In this document: piece after piece, positions 1 to 31,500 of the stretch
How positions within the stretch are numbered: position 1 is the stretch's first letter
Layout of the letters: every line of letters begins with the position of its first letter
Assembly: GCA_013239625.1 (NCBI GenBank)
Contig: MU056134.1
Span: forward strand, 2,492,477 to 2,556,476
From: Lama guanicoe
Lineage: Eukaryota
Length of the DNA stretch: 64,000 nucleotides
Direction of reading: 5' to 3'
Notes under the pieces: model-generated
What the model saw: only the letters and a program-made list of their open reading frames with translations
What the model was told of the DNA's origin: nothing
The model's database searches: none
Position numbers and translations under genes: made by a program

Positions 1-140
1 GAGGTGTAGCTCATGTGGTAGAGCGCATGCTTAGCATGCATGAGGTCCTGGGTTCAATCACCAGTACCTCCTCTAAAAATAAATAAACCTGATTACCTCC
101 CTCATCCCCTGACAAAATAAAATAATATGATGATAAAAAC
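1..140 (+). mobile_element. tRNA-Ala-derived SINE (camelid Vic-1-like), cut by the window edge
   Basis: A box, AGC anticodon arm catgc-ttagcat-gcatg, B box ggttcaatc, then aaataaacctgattacctccc tail and A-rich end. Confidence 0.8.
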
Positions 141-290
141 AAAAGCGTGCATATGAATAATCTTGTAAAAACACATTTCTCATTCACATCATTTCTAGGT
201 ATTTGTTATTTTTAATCTATTTTAAGTGGTATTGAAAGTGTAAATTTTCTATTACATTCTCCAATTTTTCTCCCTTTCCTCATCTGAGCT

Positions 291-1152
291 TGTGATATTG
301 TGATATAAGAAATACATGTATCTTGGTCTTCATCCATGGTTCCTGGCACACAGCTCCTAAAACTCTTGTTTCCTAAGTGATAGAAGAAATAAGGGTATCT
401 TTTCTTATTCATAACAAGCCCACTGCAACCACACCTATGCCCATGTTAATGAGATGAATTCTGGAAAGCCCCTAAGGAGGAAGATGGTTGCCAGAGGAAC
501 CAACCACAGGATTAGAGAGCTTTCAACTTCCTTCCTCCACCTCTGGGGAAGGGAGAAGGCTGGAGGGCAAACTAATCAACAACAGCCAGTGATTTAATCA
601 ATTTAATCACTCGCACCAGAGTAAGGGCAACTCCATAAAATCCCCAAAGGGCAGGGTTTGGGGAAGACGGCGTGCCCCGAGGGCACGGAAGCCTTGCACC
701 CCTTTCCTCACACCTGGCCCTAGGTTTGCCCTTCTATCTCCTGCTTCTGATTTACAGCCTTTGTAATACACTGGTAATCTAGTAAGTAAACTTTCTCTGA
801 GTTCTGTGAGCTGTTCTAGCAAATTAATCTTATCAAACCTGAGAGAGGTGTAGGAACCTCCAGTTTATAGGCAGTTCATCAGAAGCACGGTAACAATCTG
901 GACTTCTGACTGGCACCTGACTAGGGGGGTAAGGGTGAGGGGTGGAGGCAGTCTCGTGGGACTGGGGGATCTGTCGCTAACTCCAGGTAGCTAGCGTCAA
1001 AACCAAACTGAATTGTAGGAGACCCAGCTAGTGTCCCAGAGTTTAAGAACTGCCTATCATGGGGTGTTAAAAAATCCATACATCTGGTCACAGAAGAGCC
1101 AAAAGTATGACTGTTGTGTGTAGAGAAAAACAGGAGAGGTTTTTCCTTTACA
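291..1152 (+). mobile_element. Solo LTR, MER21-like
   Basis: TG...CA termini; start tgtgatattgtgatataag...cctggcacacagctcctaaaac matches the MER21 5' end and the inverted copy at 11086-11938. Confidence 0.75.
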
Positions 1153-1286
1153 GAGTCTTACTACCATTTCTTCAGTATTTTAAAAAAAACAACCTGAAAG
1201 AATAACCTAATTCCTAGACCCCTGAAAACACGTTTTAGTAAGATTAACAAATCAAATTATATCCAAAAGGTAGAATTCCAAATCTA

Positions 1287-18570
<17,284 letters not shown>

Positions 18571-19279
18571 GGTTCCGCCGCGACAACTCCCGCGCTCCGA
18601 CGCCCCCGCAGCCCTGGCTTCACTCCCGTGGCCCCGCGCGCTGCAAAACGATTGGCCCGAACAGCTGCGTGCACCGCTCCCGCCTCCCGACGTGAGCACG
18701 GCCTGGGGGCGGGTCTAGACGCCGAGCCGCCACCGCATTGGCCGAGGCGCGGCGGGCGGCTCACGTGACCCACGGGAACCCGGGTCCCGGGCCTAGTCGT
18801 GGGATGGCGGGTTCTCGGGGTGGGGTGCTAAGCTGCCGGACGCGCGAAACGTGACGCAGACGCCGCGAAGGGCAAAGTGAATGAGTTCCGGCAGCTTTAT
18901 GAGAGGGCTCGGGAACGTACCCGGCTCGGCCTTTGGCCGTCGGACGGCTGGTAGTCCAGAGGAATGTTAGAGCTGTTTTTTGATAACTGCTGTTAAATGT
19001 AGTCAAAGCAGTGGCTTGATTCCTTCAGTAGCCCAGTGCTGAGCTCCCGCAGGTGCCAGACCCTGAATTTGGCACAGTGGGAGTCTCTGAAGGTAAAAAC
19101 GACCCGATCCCTATCCTCTGAAGAGAACACAGTCTGTCGAGGGAGCTTCTGCTGTGAGTAGCCCTAACTCAAGGTACACTTGGTCTGGGCCCCAGGAGAA
19201 ACACAAAGTGGGTTGCAGTCACAGGTGGAAAAATCCTGGGAAGGTTTCCCGCAGGAAGTGCCGTTTAAACTGAGTCTTG

Positions 19280-19423
19280 TGGGGAGAGTATAGCTCAGTA
19301 GTAGAGCGCATGCCTGGCATGCGTGAGGTCCTGGATTCAATCCTTAGTACCTTCGCGAAAAATATAAATATAACAAACCTAATTGCCAACCCCCACCAAA
19401 AAAAAAAATTTTTTTTTAATAAA
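19280..19423 (+). mobile_element. tRNA-Ala-derived SINE (Vic-1-like)
   Basis: Same head and tail; 14-bp TSD taaactgag(t/c)cttg at 19266-19279 and 19424-19437. Confidence 0.85.
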
Positions 19424-20233
19424 TAAACTGAGCCTTGAAGGATGTATGGGAATTTGCCAGGTGGACTCCATGTGAGGGTGGTGATGCCCCAGGAAGAATG
19501 AATAGCCTATGCAAAAACTAGAGAGGTGAATAGCGTGGCAAGCTGGGGATGGCTTTGAGTAGCTCAGGATGGTGGGATACAGAGGAAGAAGTGAGCCTTA
19601 ATACTAGAAAGTAAGCCAAGGGTCGAATAATGAGCTTTTATATAAATGCTAGGAGGAGCATTGATGAATTTAAGGTGAAGGACTAACATCTGTCTCGGTG
19701 TGGAGGATGGATTGCATTTGGGGTGGGAAAGGAGGGGATGTGAGGCCATGGAGACTAGTTATGACACTCTAGAGAGAATGCCAGACAGGAAATGGTAAAG
19801 GCCTGATCTAAGGAATAACCTGGGGATTGAAAAGAAAACAAATTGAACTGTGTAAGAAATAGAAATATTTGCTATCTTAATAGTTGCTAGGGAGAGTAAG
19901 AAAAAAATCTGGGATGTGTCTCAGGTTTCTGATCTCACCATCAAGGGTAGATGGAGGTCTAAGAGGGCAGAGATGGTGACCAATGTGATTCATCATTGTA
20001 TAACCATTTCCTCATGTGATGCCTGGAATAAAGTCAGTTTTCAATAACTATTTCTTAATGGAGGAATGTTTGAGTGAATTGGTGCAAGAATATAAACAAC
20101 TATAGGAAAAGACCATAAGAATTGATTTTGTTACTTCACACTTGCTTGAATGAAATCTTGATTTTTTAGAGTTGTGCTTTTGTAGAAATCTGAATTCCTT
20201 GTTTTCTTACTCATTTTCTAGATCTGAAGTAGC

Positions 20234-20367
20234 ATGGATCTGCCTGTGGAGGAGTGGACATCACACATACTTCAGAAGTGGTCTTTGCTCCCCAAGTCCA
20301 TTCAGGTCACAATTTCTACAGCAGAGACTTTGAGCGATATCTTTCTTCACTCATCTTCGCTTCTTCA
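20234..20367 (+). CDS. SMYD4: SMYD4 first coding exon (MDLPVEEW...HSSSLL); exon starts at 20222
   Basis: Acceptor ttttctag at 20221, ATG at 20234, donor ca|gtaagt. Confidence 0.93.
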
Positions 20368-23300
20368 GTAAGTGAATGGAAGCTTTAACCAGGGAAATTT
20401 TGGTCTGGAAGATGCACTCTCTTGTCATTTGCCCTCAGGTTATATCTCTTTTTGGGGAAAGATTAACTTCAGACTTTTAGATTTTGGGACATTCAATAGT
20501 TCTTTCTGTTTTCACAGTTCTTTCTAACCTACTATTATAGATCAGATTGAGATGCTATTTAGCTTTTTCAGTGTCAATATTATGTTTCAATAATCAGTGC
20601 CTTGCTGTCATCACTAGGCTGTGAACCTTGCCATATCCCAAAGGATACAGTAGAGATTTACTAGGTGCACGTAGAAATTCATAAGTGTTCATATTGGAAG
20701 GAACCTTACAGGTTATATAGTCTAACCCAGTTATTTTTCAAACTCTCTTGACTGCACTACTCAGTAAGAAATGTATTTTACATCACAATCTCGTACACAT
20801 ATATGTATATAAAAAACTGAAACAGGAGTTTCCCAAAACTTTGTTTTTTGAACACTTATTTTGTGCCAGCCACTGTGCTAAATGCTTAGTAAATAAAAAA
20901 CACACCATTAAAATAAAATAGTAGACAAAGATCCTCATCTTTTAGGAGCTTAATTCTAGCAAGGAGGAACACAATAAACATAAATAAGTAAAGTATGTAA
21001 TGTGTTCAAGGTGACAAGTACAGTAGAAAAAAGGAAAAACTGAACAGCGTAGGGGAAATAATACTGGGAGGGGAATGCAGGTTGTAGTATTAAATAGTGT
21101 GGTCTGATGTGCCTCACTGAGAGAGTGGAAGTGGAGCAAAGTCTTGGAGATACAGGAGTTAACAAAGCAGATACCTTAGAGAAGAGCGTTCCTGGCCGAG
21201 ATCCCAAGGTGGGAGTGTGTCTGGGATGTTTGAGCAACAGCGCACTGGGTGAACAGCTAGTGGTGGATGAACAGAGTAAGCCAAGGGAGAGTAGTAGGAA
21301 ATAACGTCAGGGAGGCAGTGGGACATGCGTGGGAGCTGGATAAGAGCAGGTGGCACAAATCACGTTGGCCCTTTTTTAGTTCCTTGTCTTTCTTTTTACC
21401 CTGCATAGGAAGTGATTGCAGGGTGTGGTAGGCAGAATTCTAAAGATGACCCCCCCCAGCATTCCTGTCCCCTGGTTATTCAGTCTAACATTAACTTACG
21501 CACTGCTGGGAAGGGATTTGGCCAATAAAAGTCCAAGGCTAGTCAATTTGAGGTACAGTTACTGGATAGGCATAACCCAATCAGGTGAGACTTTTGAAAG
21601 CAGAGCTTTTTTTCCAGCTGGGAACAGAAAGGGAAATCAGAGAGATTCAAAGCAGAAGATCTGAATGTGGTTTGGCTGGCTTTGATGATGGAGCCACATG
21701 ACACAGGACAGGAATGCAGACAGCCTCTGGAAGCTGAGAGTGCTTCCTGGCTAACAGCCAGCAAGGAAATGGGGACCTCAGACCTGCAATTGCAAGGAAA
21801 TGACTTCTGCCAGCATCCTGAAGGCGTTTAGACTCAGATTCTTTCGCAGATCCTCCATATAAAAGGTCACTTGATTTCAGCCTTGTGAGACCCTAAGCAG
21901 AGAGCCTAGGAAAGCCCACCTGGACTTCTGATCTGCAGAACTGTGAGGATAATAAATGAAAATTGCTTTAACCTGCTGAATTTGAGGTAACTGCTACACA
22001 ATAGTAGAAAACTAACGGAGTCTTGAGATAAGACTGATGTGATCTGATTGTATTTTAAAGCAGGTGTCAGCAAACAGCAACCTACGGGATACAGCCATCC
22101 CACTGCCTGTTTTTGTGTGGCCATCAGCTAAGAATGGTTATTAACGATAAACATTGCAGTCATTAATGATACAGAACACTGGCTTTGCAAAACTCCAGTT
22201 TAGCAAAATGGTATCCTTTGAAAAAAAAAATTCATTTTTCTCATTAGTAGACCTATGTTGCAAAAAAAAAAGTCACAGTGAGTTATTATATTTTGAATTC
22301 TGTCAATAAAAAGGTTTTACAAACATGTCTTTTCTTCTGTTAGACAAGTGCCTATGTAATAGTATCGATTTTATCTCTTAGCCCACAAAAGCTAAACCTT
22401 TACTCTCTGGCTTTCTATAGAAAGTTTGCTGATCCCTGTTTTAAAGGATGACTCCTGTGCACTGTGATGAGGGTAGACTATATGAGAAGCAAGAATGGAA
22501 ATAAAGCGACCTTTTGGGAGACTGTTGCCTTAATCCAGGTGAGAGAGGAGGTGATAGTAATTTGGACCAGGTGGCAGTAGTGGGGATGATGAAAAGTGGT
22601 TAGATTCTAATGGTGTACTTAACAGCATTTCCTGACAGATGGAATACAGTGTGTTAGAGAAGTAAAAAGTGACTCTGGGAATTTAGATCTAAAGGGCTGA
22701 AGATGGAAGGATGAAATCACCGCCACGTGGGAAAGCTGCAGGTAGAGCTCTTTTTGGGAAGGATGTTCAGTAGTTCATAGTTCAGTTGGAGATACCTAGT
22801 AAACATCCAAGTGAAGATGCCTAAATGAGTGTGGGGTTTACGAGGCCTGGGCTAGAGATACAAATACGGAAATTAAATGGCATTTTGAGCCATGAGACTG
22901 GAAAATTTTACCAAGGAGGAAAGTGTAGATGTTTACCCTATGTGATGTACTTTCTGAAATTTTCCCTTTTACTGATCTTGTTGTAAAAGTACTAATCAGG
23001 ACCTGCTAAACTGTTTTCATGACCTACTGAGTCATGACCTGCAATTTGAAAAATAATGTTAATGGCTCACAGCGAAATGAATGTGACAATGAATTTATGT
23101 ATGTTCATGTATAACTGAAAAATTGTGCTCTACACTGGAATTTGACAGCATTGTAAGATGACTGTAACTCAGTAAAAAAAAAATGTTCATATAAAAGAAA
23201 AGAAAAGAAAAATAATGTTGAAACTCTACAAGATCTGTGGATTCCCTGTATAGAATTTCCAAAAATGATGAAGAACTGCTGATGAAAACTTTGGATGATA

Positions 23301-25542
23301 AGAGTTTTCACAAGATAAATTGGTATAGCTTACTAACAGCAAAAAGGAATAATCCACAAGAATCCAAATTTGAAATTTTGGAGCGTGGAAAGGAATATAA
23401 ATCAAAGAAGTGATTCACCTGGTTTTTTAATATTGAAGTTCCTCAAGACTCCAGCCTAGGCCCTCTTTCCTTTTCTCTTACCCCACCCTGCAGCCTCATT
23501 CACAACCATGACATCAGTTATCTCCTATACGCTGATTACCCTTCAAATTGTATCTCCAGCCCTCACTTCTCCTCTGAATCCAGCTGACTATGTAAAGCCT
23601 CAAAGATGCTCAGCATATCCAAAACCAGACTCCTTTTCTACTTCAGATCATCGTGAACCCTGAGTGAATTATACCATCATCCATCCAGTTGCTACCCAGA
23701 AACCTAGGAGTCGTGCCTAATTTTTCCTTCTTCCTCACACCTCATATTAAATCCGTTTCCAAATTTTGTCCATTGTAGGATATGAACACTAGATTGCTTT
23801 CAAATTTGGCAAAAGGACTTCTGCTTCTGGGTAGCATGTAATAGGTTAGAACAGACAGTACTTGTTGCAACTAAAAAAGTTGATATTTTAATCATGTTTT
23901 TAAAGACATCATAGAGCAACAAGGACTAGATGAACTAAAATTCCAGAGAGGGAAGAATCCTTCCTAGGTGATCACTAGCCATTGTTTCTTGGGGATAATT
24001 AAAGGCTGAGGATCAGGCTGGCTTCAAGCACAGGGACTAGACTAGGGGAAACTGAAACCAGCAGACCTTTTGGCAGTCATTTAGAGCTGATGTGATGGAC
24101 TGAAAACTACAAGAGGCCCAAACTCAAGGCCCAAATTTAGAGTCAATTTGCCTTATGGGATATTTACTGAGTTCTCAGAAAATATAGATGGCCTACCAAA
24201 AATGCAGAATAAAATCTCCTGTGGTATTGCAATGCTGAGGGGCAAAATCCCACTAGTGGAAAGGGGCATGCAACAAACACACATACAAATCTAAGCTCAA
24301 AACATCCTGAGACCAAACCTTTCAGGCATGAGAAGACAGAGACCTTCCAGGCTCTCAACCAAAAGCTCGGGAGACTCACACCCAAGGAATAGGGAGAAAC
24401 CAGACGTGTACTGAATTTTAATAAAACTACAGTAAAGACTAAAATTCTTAATATAGCCAGTAAGACATTGCAGTGTGACCACTGCCTATTTCTCTGGCCT
24501 CCTCTCTCCCCACACTCCCCTTTCAGCTGTACAGGCCTTCTTTTAGTTCTTGATACACACTAGGCTGCTGCTTGTCACAGGGCCTTTTTTTGGGGGTGGT
24601 TCTTCCTGAAATGCCTTTGCTGTGCACTCCACCATGCCCTGAGACCTAGTTAACTTCTGCTCATCCTTCAACATCAGCCAGATCTTTCTCAGGAAAGCCT
24701 TCCTGACTCCCAGCTGGATCATCTTTTTTTTTTTTTTTTGGATCATCTTCATTTTTTATGCATTTACAATAAATACAGCATACCTTTCCTTCTTATATTT
24801 GTGTAATCATTTGATTAATGTCTATCTCCACTACTAAACTGTAAGCTCCATGAGGGCAAGGACCATATCTGTATTTGTCTTTCTACAGACCAGAGTAGTG
24901 TAGTGTCCTCAACAAATATTGAATGACAGTTTGATAAAGCTCTTGTTCAGTGACTGGCACATATGAATGCTCAGTATGAGACAGGAATGAGAGCTTCACA
25001 TGTACACATAAACACATACCTTTCAAGTTCAAGGTTGACGTGCTTATCTTCGTGTCAGTAACTATCATCGTGTCTGGTGCATAACAGGCACTTAGATTTT
25101 GGTTGGATAAATTAATAAGTTCAGTGTTGAGCCTTGCCGTTTCAGGTACTAGGTACAATTAGGGTTATACTTTTTTTTTTTTTGCTTGTTATTTTTTTGA
25201 ATGTTAGTAAGATACAAATACATTCTCATTGCAAATGATTGCCACAGTGTTCAATAAAGTAAAACATGAAAGTTTCCCCCTTAGCCTTCTAACTCTCTTT
25301 CACAGAGAGAAATCACAGGTTATTAGAGCTTTCTAGTTCTTTTTTTACATATTCTTAGGCGTTTGTAGATAGATATGCACATATCTTTTTCTTTATTTTT
25401 TGTTAGATTATATTTTATGCTTTGTTCTGTGAGGTTTTTTCCAGCATCACACCCTTAATCTTTTTAGCAACCACACGATGTTGCTAGTATAATATGCCAC
25501 AACTTCTTTTCCCTGTTAATGGGCAGTTATTTCCAGGTGGTT

Positions 25543-25575
<33 letters not shown>

Positions 25576-28500
25576 TTTTTTTTACTGTTACAAACAGTGT
25601 TGCACTGAACAATTTTTATGTGTGTTTCTGTATGTATATTTAGAACTTAAGATCCATTCTTAGAAGAGGAGTTGTTTCATCAATGGTTATGAGCATTTTA
25701 AATTTAATAAATACTGCCAAATTGTCTTCCAAAAAGACTTCACCAGTTTACCATGAATAGCATATGAAAATCACTTTCCCATAGCCTAACCAACATTAGA
25801 AAGCAACCTTCAGGACAAAATAATCTTGTTTTAATTTACATTTTTCTGATTACTAGTGAAGGAATGCACCATTTCCCACATTACAGCCTGTTTATATTTC
25901 TCCTGTGAATTGTTTGCTTGTGTCCTTTGCCCATTTCTGTAAGTGGGTTGTCTGTCTTCCTCTTATTAATTTATAAGAGATCTTTATAAAGCTGGCTGTA
26001 TAATTCTTTGCTATGTATGTTACTAAGTTTTTCTCCTAGTCTCATATTTATCTTTTTTAGTTTACTTACGGTTTTTTGCATTATATATAAATCGTGTGCA
26101 TGTGTTTTAATTTACAGCCATATCTGTCATTTTCTTTTATAGCTTCTAGGTTGAGTGTCTTAGAACATTCTACTCTTCCCCAAGGTTATAAAAAATATTC
26201 TTTATTTTCTTCTAACTTTTTTTGTAGTTTTGTGTTTTAGTTTGAGCTCTCTAATCCATCTGGCATTTATTTTTGTGTATGATGTGAGAGAATATTCTAA
26301 GTGTTATTCCAGACAATTTTTCCACATCATTTATTGAATAACTCATCCTTTCCCTAGCTCCTCTGATTGGCCCGGCTTTTTTCACATGCCCAACCCTGTT
26401 GCGAAATTGGGGTCAGTCCAGCTCCAACCACAGGGAATGATTTCCCCCTGAAATTTTATTACCAGATGTAGGGAGAAGGAGCACTTGAAAGCGGGGAAGT
26501 CTAGTACAAATGTGGCTTTGCTGTCTGTTAAACCAAGTTCCCCCACACACACAGTAATTCTTTTTCAAAAATATCTTGGCTATTTTGTATACGTTTTCCC
26601 TGTGTGAACTTTAGAATTGACCGTCAAGTTCAGTAAAAAGTGTCATTGGGTTTTTGATTGGGATTGTGTTGGATTTATAGATTCACTTAGGGAGACTTGA
26701 CATCTTTACGATATTAAATTGCCTCATCCAAGTAAAGGGTATGTCTTGCCACTTGTTTAGGGCTTCTTTTTATGTCTTTAAGTAAAGTTTTATCATGTTC
26801 TTTATATAGGTCTTGCACATTTCCTCTTAGATTTATTCTTACTTGTTATAAAGTTTTTGTTGTTCTTGTGAATGAGACTTTTTTCTCCCAATTACATTCT
26901 CTAACTGATGATTGGTGGTATAAATATAAACTAGGAGTTTTAAAAATCATTTTACAATAGGCCATCTAACTGTACTTTTATATTACTTCATTGTTTTTAT
27001 GCCAGATCACCTAAAATTTTTAGTAAGTGTATCTTCAAACAGTAATCCTCTTTTCCAATATTTGTACCTTTTATTTTACTTTTTAATTATAGTGTTAGTT
27101 AGACCTCTAGTGTGATGTTGAATAGTAACAGCCATTTAGAACGTTGCTATAGGTTTATAGTATATACCTTTTTTCAGTTTAATGAAATTGCCACATATTC
27201 TATCTTAAATGTTGAATTTTATCAGTACTTTTTTTGATATATTTTGGGAGGAATGATCATTTTTTTCTCTCCTTTAATCTGTTAATGCAGGATTTACATC
27301 AGTAGATTTACTGAAATTCAACCGTTTTGGAGATAAACTCTGGTTATTGTCCATCATTCTTTTAACACATGGCTAGATTCAATTTGCTGATGTTATTTTT
27401 AGGATTTTTAAGCCTATGTTCCTAAATGGTATTAGCCTACATGTTCTTTTTTGTGCTCTATTTGTAAACTCTTGGTGTCAGAGTTACGGTAGCATCATGG
27501 TATGAATTAGAGAGCTTTCATCTTTTTCTGTGCTCTGAAATGGCTTATGTAATACAGGGATTATTTGATTCTTTAAAGCTGTAGAAAAATCCTGTAAAAC
27601 TATGTGGACCTGGTACCTTAGTAAGTGGAAATATTTTCCTTTTTTACTTTAATTTTTATCAGAATAATATGTATACAGTGTAAGTAGTCAAATAGTACTT
27701 AAAATATTATAAAGAAAAATAGCAACCTTCTGTCTTACTCTTTCTCAAGAAAAAGAAGAAAAAGATATTTTAGGAACAATGGAGAAATTTTAAATGGTAT
27801 TTGAATTAATGTTAATTTTTTAGGCATAATAATGATATTATGGTATCGAGATACAGGAAAATGTCCTTATTCTTAGCAGAGGCCTGCTGAAATATTTAGA
27901 GGTGAACTTCCATGATGACTATACTTATTTTCAAATGGTTCAGGAAAAAAGTTGTATATGTAAACGTGTGCAAGTTATTAAGCTGTTGTTTCTCAGCTCC
28001 AATCTTCTGTCCTCTCTGCTGGGGCTGGGACTGTCTGCTTTGCCAGTTAACCTTATGAGAGGTTTTACCTCTCTAGAGCTCTGGAGAAAAGACACAGCTG
28101 GAAGAAGAAGGAATTTGGTTCTTTCTATCTGCTTCCTAATTAGAATCCACATGCCAGAGAATGAAGTTGGACCTTTACCTTATACTGTATACAAAAACTT
28201 AACTCAAAATAACTCAAAGAGCTAAACTTAAGAGCTAAAACTATAAAACTCTTAAAACATAAGCCAAAAGCTTATGACATTGGATTTCGCCTCCGTTTCT
28301 TGGATATGACACCAAAGGCACAGGCACAAAAGAAAAAAAATAGGCAAATCAGACTTCATAAAAAGTAAAACATTTTGTACATCAAATGACAAAAGAGTAA
28401 ATAGGCAACACACAGAATGAGTCAAAATATTTGCAAATCATGTATCTGCTAAGAGATTAATATCCAGACTTCATAAACAACTCCTAAGACTCAACAACAA

Positions 28501-31500
28501 CAACAAAACCCAGTTTAAAAATGGGCAAAGAACTTGCATAGACATTTCTCCAAAGAAGATAAGCACATAAAATGAGCACATGAAAAGACACTCTTAACAT
28601 CTCTAATCATTAGGGAAATGCAAATAAAACTACAATAAGATAACTTATTATCTTCATATTCATTAGCATGGCTATTGTTAAAAAAAATAGTTAGGTTTTC
28701 GTGTGGATGTGGAGCAGTTGGAGCCCTTGTCCACTGTTGGTGGGAATGTAAAATGGCATAGCCACTATGGCAAACAGTACAGCAGTTCCTCAGAAAATTA
28801 ATAGAATTACTATATAATCCAGCAACCGTACTGCTGGGTTTATACCCAAAAAATTTGAAAATGGGACTTCAACGGGTATTTGCACACCAACGTTCAGAGC
28901 AATATTATTCACAATAGCCAAAAGAGAAAACACCCCAAATGTCCATTGACAGGTGAATGGATAAACTGGTATATACATACAATGGAATGTCATTCAGCTA
29001 TGAAAANNNNNNNNNNNNNNNNNNNNNNNNNNNNNNNNNNNNNNNNNNNNNNNNNNNNNNNNNNNNNNNNNNNNNNNNNNNNNNNNNNNNNNNNNNNNNN
29101 NNNNNNNNNNNNNNNNNNNNNNNNNNNNNNNNNNNNNNNNNNNNNNNNNNNNNNNNNNNNNNNNNNNNNNNNNNNNNNNNNNNNNNNNNNNNNNNNNNNN
29201 NNTGATGAGTACAGAGTTCTAGTTTGGGATGGTGAAAAAGTTCTGGAATTGTGACGATACCTAATACCACAGAACTATATGCTTAAAAATGGTTAAAATG
29301 ACATTTTAAATATTTTACCACAATAAAAAAATTAATTGGAAAATTGTTCCACCTCACTTTCTCAAATTTTTTATCGTAACATTCCAGAAGAAAATTTGAA
29401 ATATTAAAAAAAGAAAGATAGAACATCCGTCTGCTTGTTAAAAGTTTAAATTAATTGCTGAGTTAAACTTCGTGCCAGAAGGAATTATGAATTATTGCAG
29501 CTTAGTTCTTAATTGCACTGAAGAACAATTACAAAAACACTGAGTTTATCATCATTTTGGATTAAGATTAAAGAATATCCATTGTTAGACAAGAAGAGTT
29601 TTGCTATTATTACTGTTCACCATAGCCTTTTTGTTTGAATAGCATTTTTAGTTTTAACCTAATTTAAAACAACGCAAAAACAAACAGCAAAGGACAGGCT
29701 CTGTGGTGCACCAGATATACATGGGCTATTGTCCTCATATTTTCTGGACTGGGATAAATTTAGAACAAGCAAGCACACCTTCTGAATTAAAAAAATCTTT
29801 CCTAATTTCAATTTTTTGTTATTTTGTTTTGAGATTTTTTTTCTATATTGCATTTAAATATCAATAAAATCATATTTGATATTAACTTATACAGAGGAAA
29901 GATAAATAATGTTTTCTGAAATTTCCATATATACAGACACAGATACATCATACTGAATCACAATGTAAAAGATATTTCTAATTGTAGATCTCTGTAAATA
30001 AAAATTTGAAAAACACTTTTCTAAACACACTGCAGTTTTACTTTTGATTTCCCCTTTGACCCAAGAGTTGCTTAAGAGAATTTTTAGTTTCCCTGCTATT
30101 CATATTTTGCTTCATTGCATTATAGCCACAAAGAGTGTAGTCTAGATTGTTCTATACTATTTCTCCTTATTGGAAAAAGAGTCTATTGCCAGTATGTGTA
30201 GATGTTTGTGTATTTATATATTAGAGCACTTGTATACTTATTTTTAAAAACTTTTCAGATTGAAGTAGTTTCAGATTCACTTGCAAAAATAGTATAAAGA
30301 ATTACTGTGTAATACCCTTGTTTCAGATTCCCCAAATGTTAACATTTCACTGTCTCCCTCTTCCTCTTCCTCCTCTCTCTGCCCACCTCCCTCCCTCTGT
30401 CAGCCATCCACTCAGGTATTTTCAACAAAGTTTAGGTGGACAGTATGCCTTGGTGGAGACACTCCATGTATTGTGTCATTCCCCTCACCAAGCTGCTGCA
30501 TGATGCATTATCCAAGGAATGGTTTATTTATAAATAATTTAAAAATTAGCATTCTGTCCTCTAAATAGAAATTCCAGTCCCCGTGTCTCTGAGACCACAA
30601 GATTTCCCACCCACTGCCCCCATCACATTACACAACACATCCAACCTCGCATGTCCCAGTGTTTTGTAGGCACTCATTTCCTGTTTCAGGTGCATTGATT
30701 AGGAGCTTTCCTTGAAATAACAAGTTTGTGCTGTTTTGTTTTGTTCTTTTCTTTCTTCATGAAGACCTGAGGATGAGATATTTTTAAAAAGGCTTTCTGG
30801 AGATTACCTTGTAGGAAAGGACCCTGACGCTCCCCTTTTCTACAGAGAAGAAGGAAACAAAAAATTTCAGAAGAAGGATTATCTGGAAGCCACAGTGCTG
30901 TACTCTAAGGTAAGACACCTCCAGCTCAGCAAGAGGGGCTATCTCAACAATTTAGCAATGCACATTTCTTCAAAGGACAGCCATTATTGCTGACTCGCGT
31001 AGTCAGTGGTAGCTTTGTCTGTTCATTTTGGATTGGGTTTGAAAAAGAAAATTGGCAGCGCTCTGCTGTAGATCATATTCTGAAACAAAGGATTGTTTGT
31101 ATTATACGTCCTGGATTCCGTCCAGTATATTCCCATACTCCTTCAAACATGGTGCAGCAGTAGACTTATTGGACGCCTCGGCCTTCCTCACTCACCCACG
31201 TCTATCAGCTCTCACTGAATTATATGCCATTTTTGTCTGAATAACTAATGAGGCTATTAGTGTGATAGTCCCAATGCAGAGAACAGCTGGATTTGGGGCT
31301 TTGCCACAGCGATAGCTTACAGCCAGTATGACTTAGATTAAATTGGGAAGGAAATAAGCTCAACTGCTACAGCCCTATTGAACTGCACTTTGAAGGCTGT
31401 CAACAAATATTTAAAATTATTACACTAACCATCAATGATCTAGATTTTGAGGAGGAATAGTGGCTTTTAACAATCTCTTGCTCTTGCTGGCCTGCTTCCA

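Larger units (their letters stand above)
20845..22930 (-). mobile_element. L2 element (interrupted by MLT1 and MER58)
   Basis: ttgaacacttattttgtgccagccactgtgcta... L2 3' end followed by L2 body sequence. Confidence 0.7.
20729..23058 (+). mobile_element. MER112-like hAT MITE split in two (20729-20840 and 22930-23058) by an L2 insertion
   Basis: Left half cagttatttttcaaact...cagtaagaaatgtattttacatc; right half ...catgacctgcaatttgaaaaata; the two halves carry complementary TIRs. Confidence 0.55.

Noticed and set aside
1-75. Apparent tRNA-Ala(AGC) genes here and at 19281, 40841 and 44573
   Set aside because: Each continues into a shared non-tRNA or A-rich tail, three are bounded by TSDs, and the acceptor stems are imperfect; these are SINEs, not tRNA genes
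28880-29270. ORFs with long X runs
   Set aside because: Artefact of the N gap within an L1 fragment
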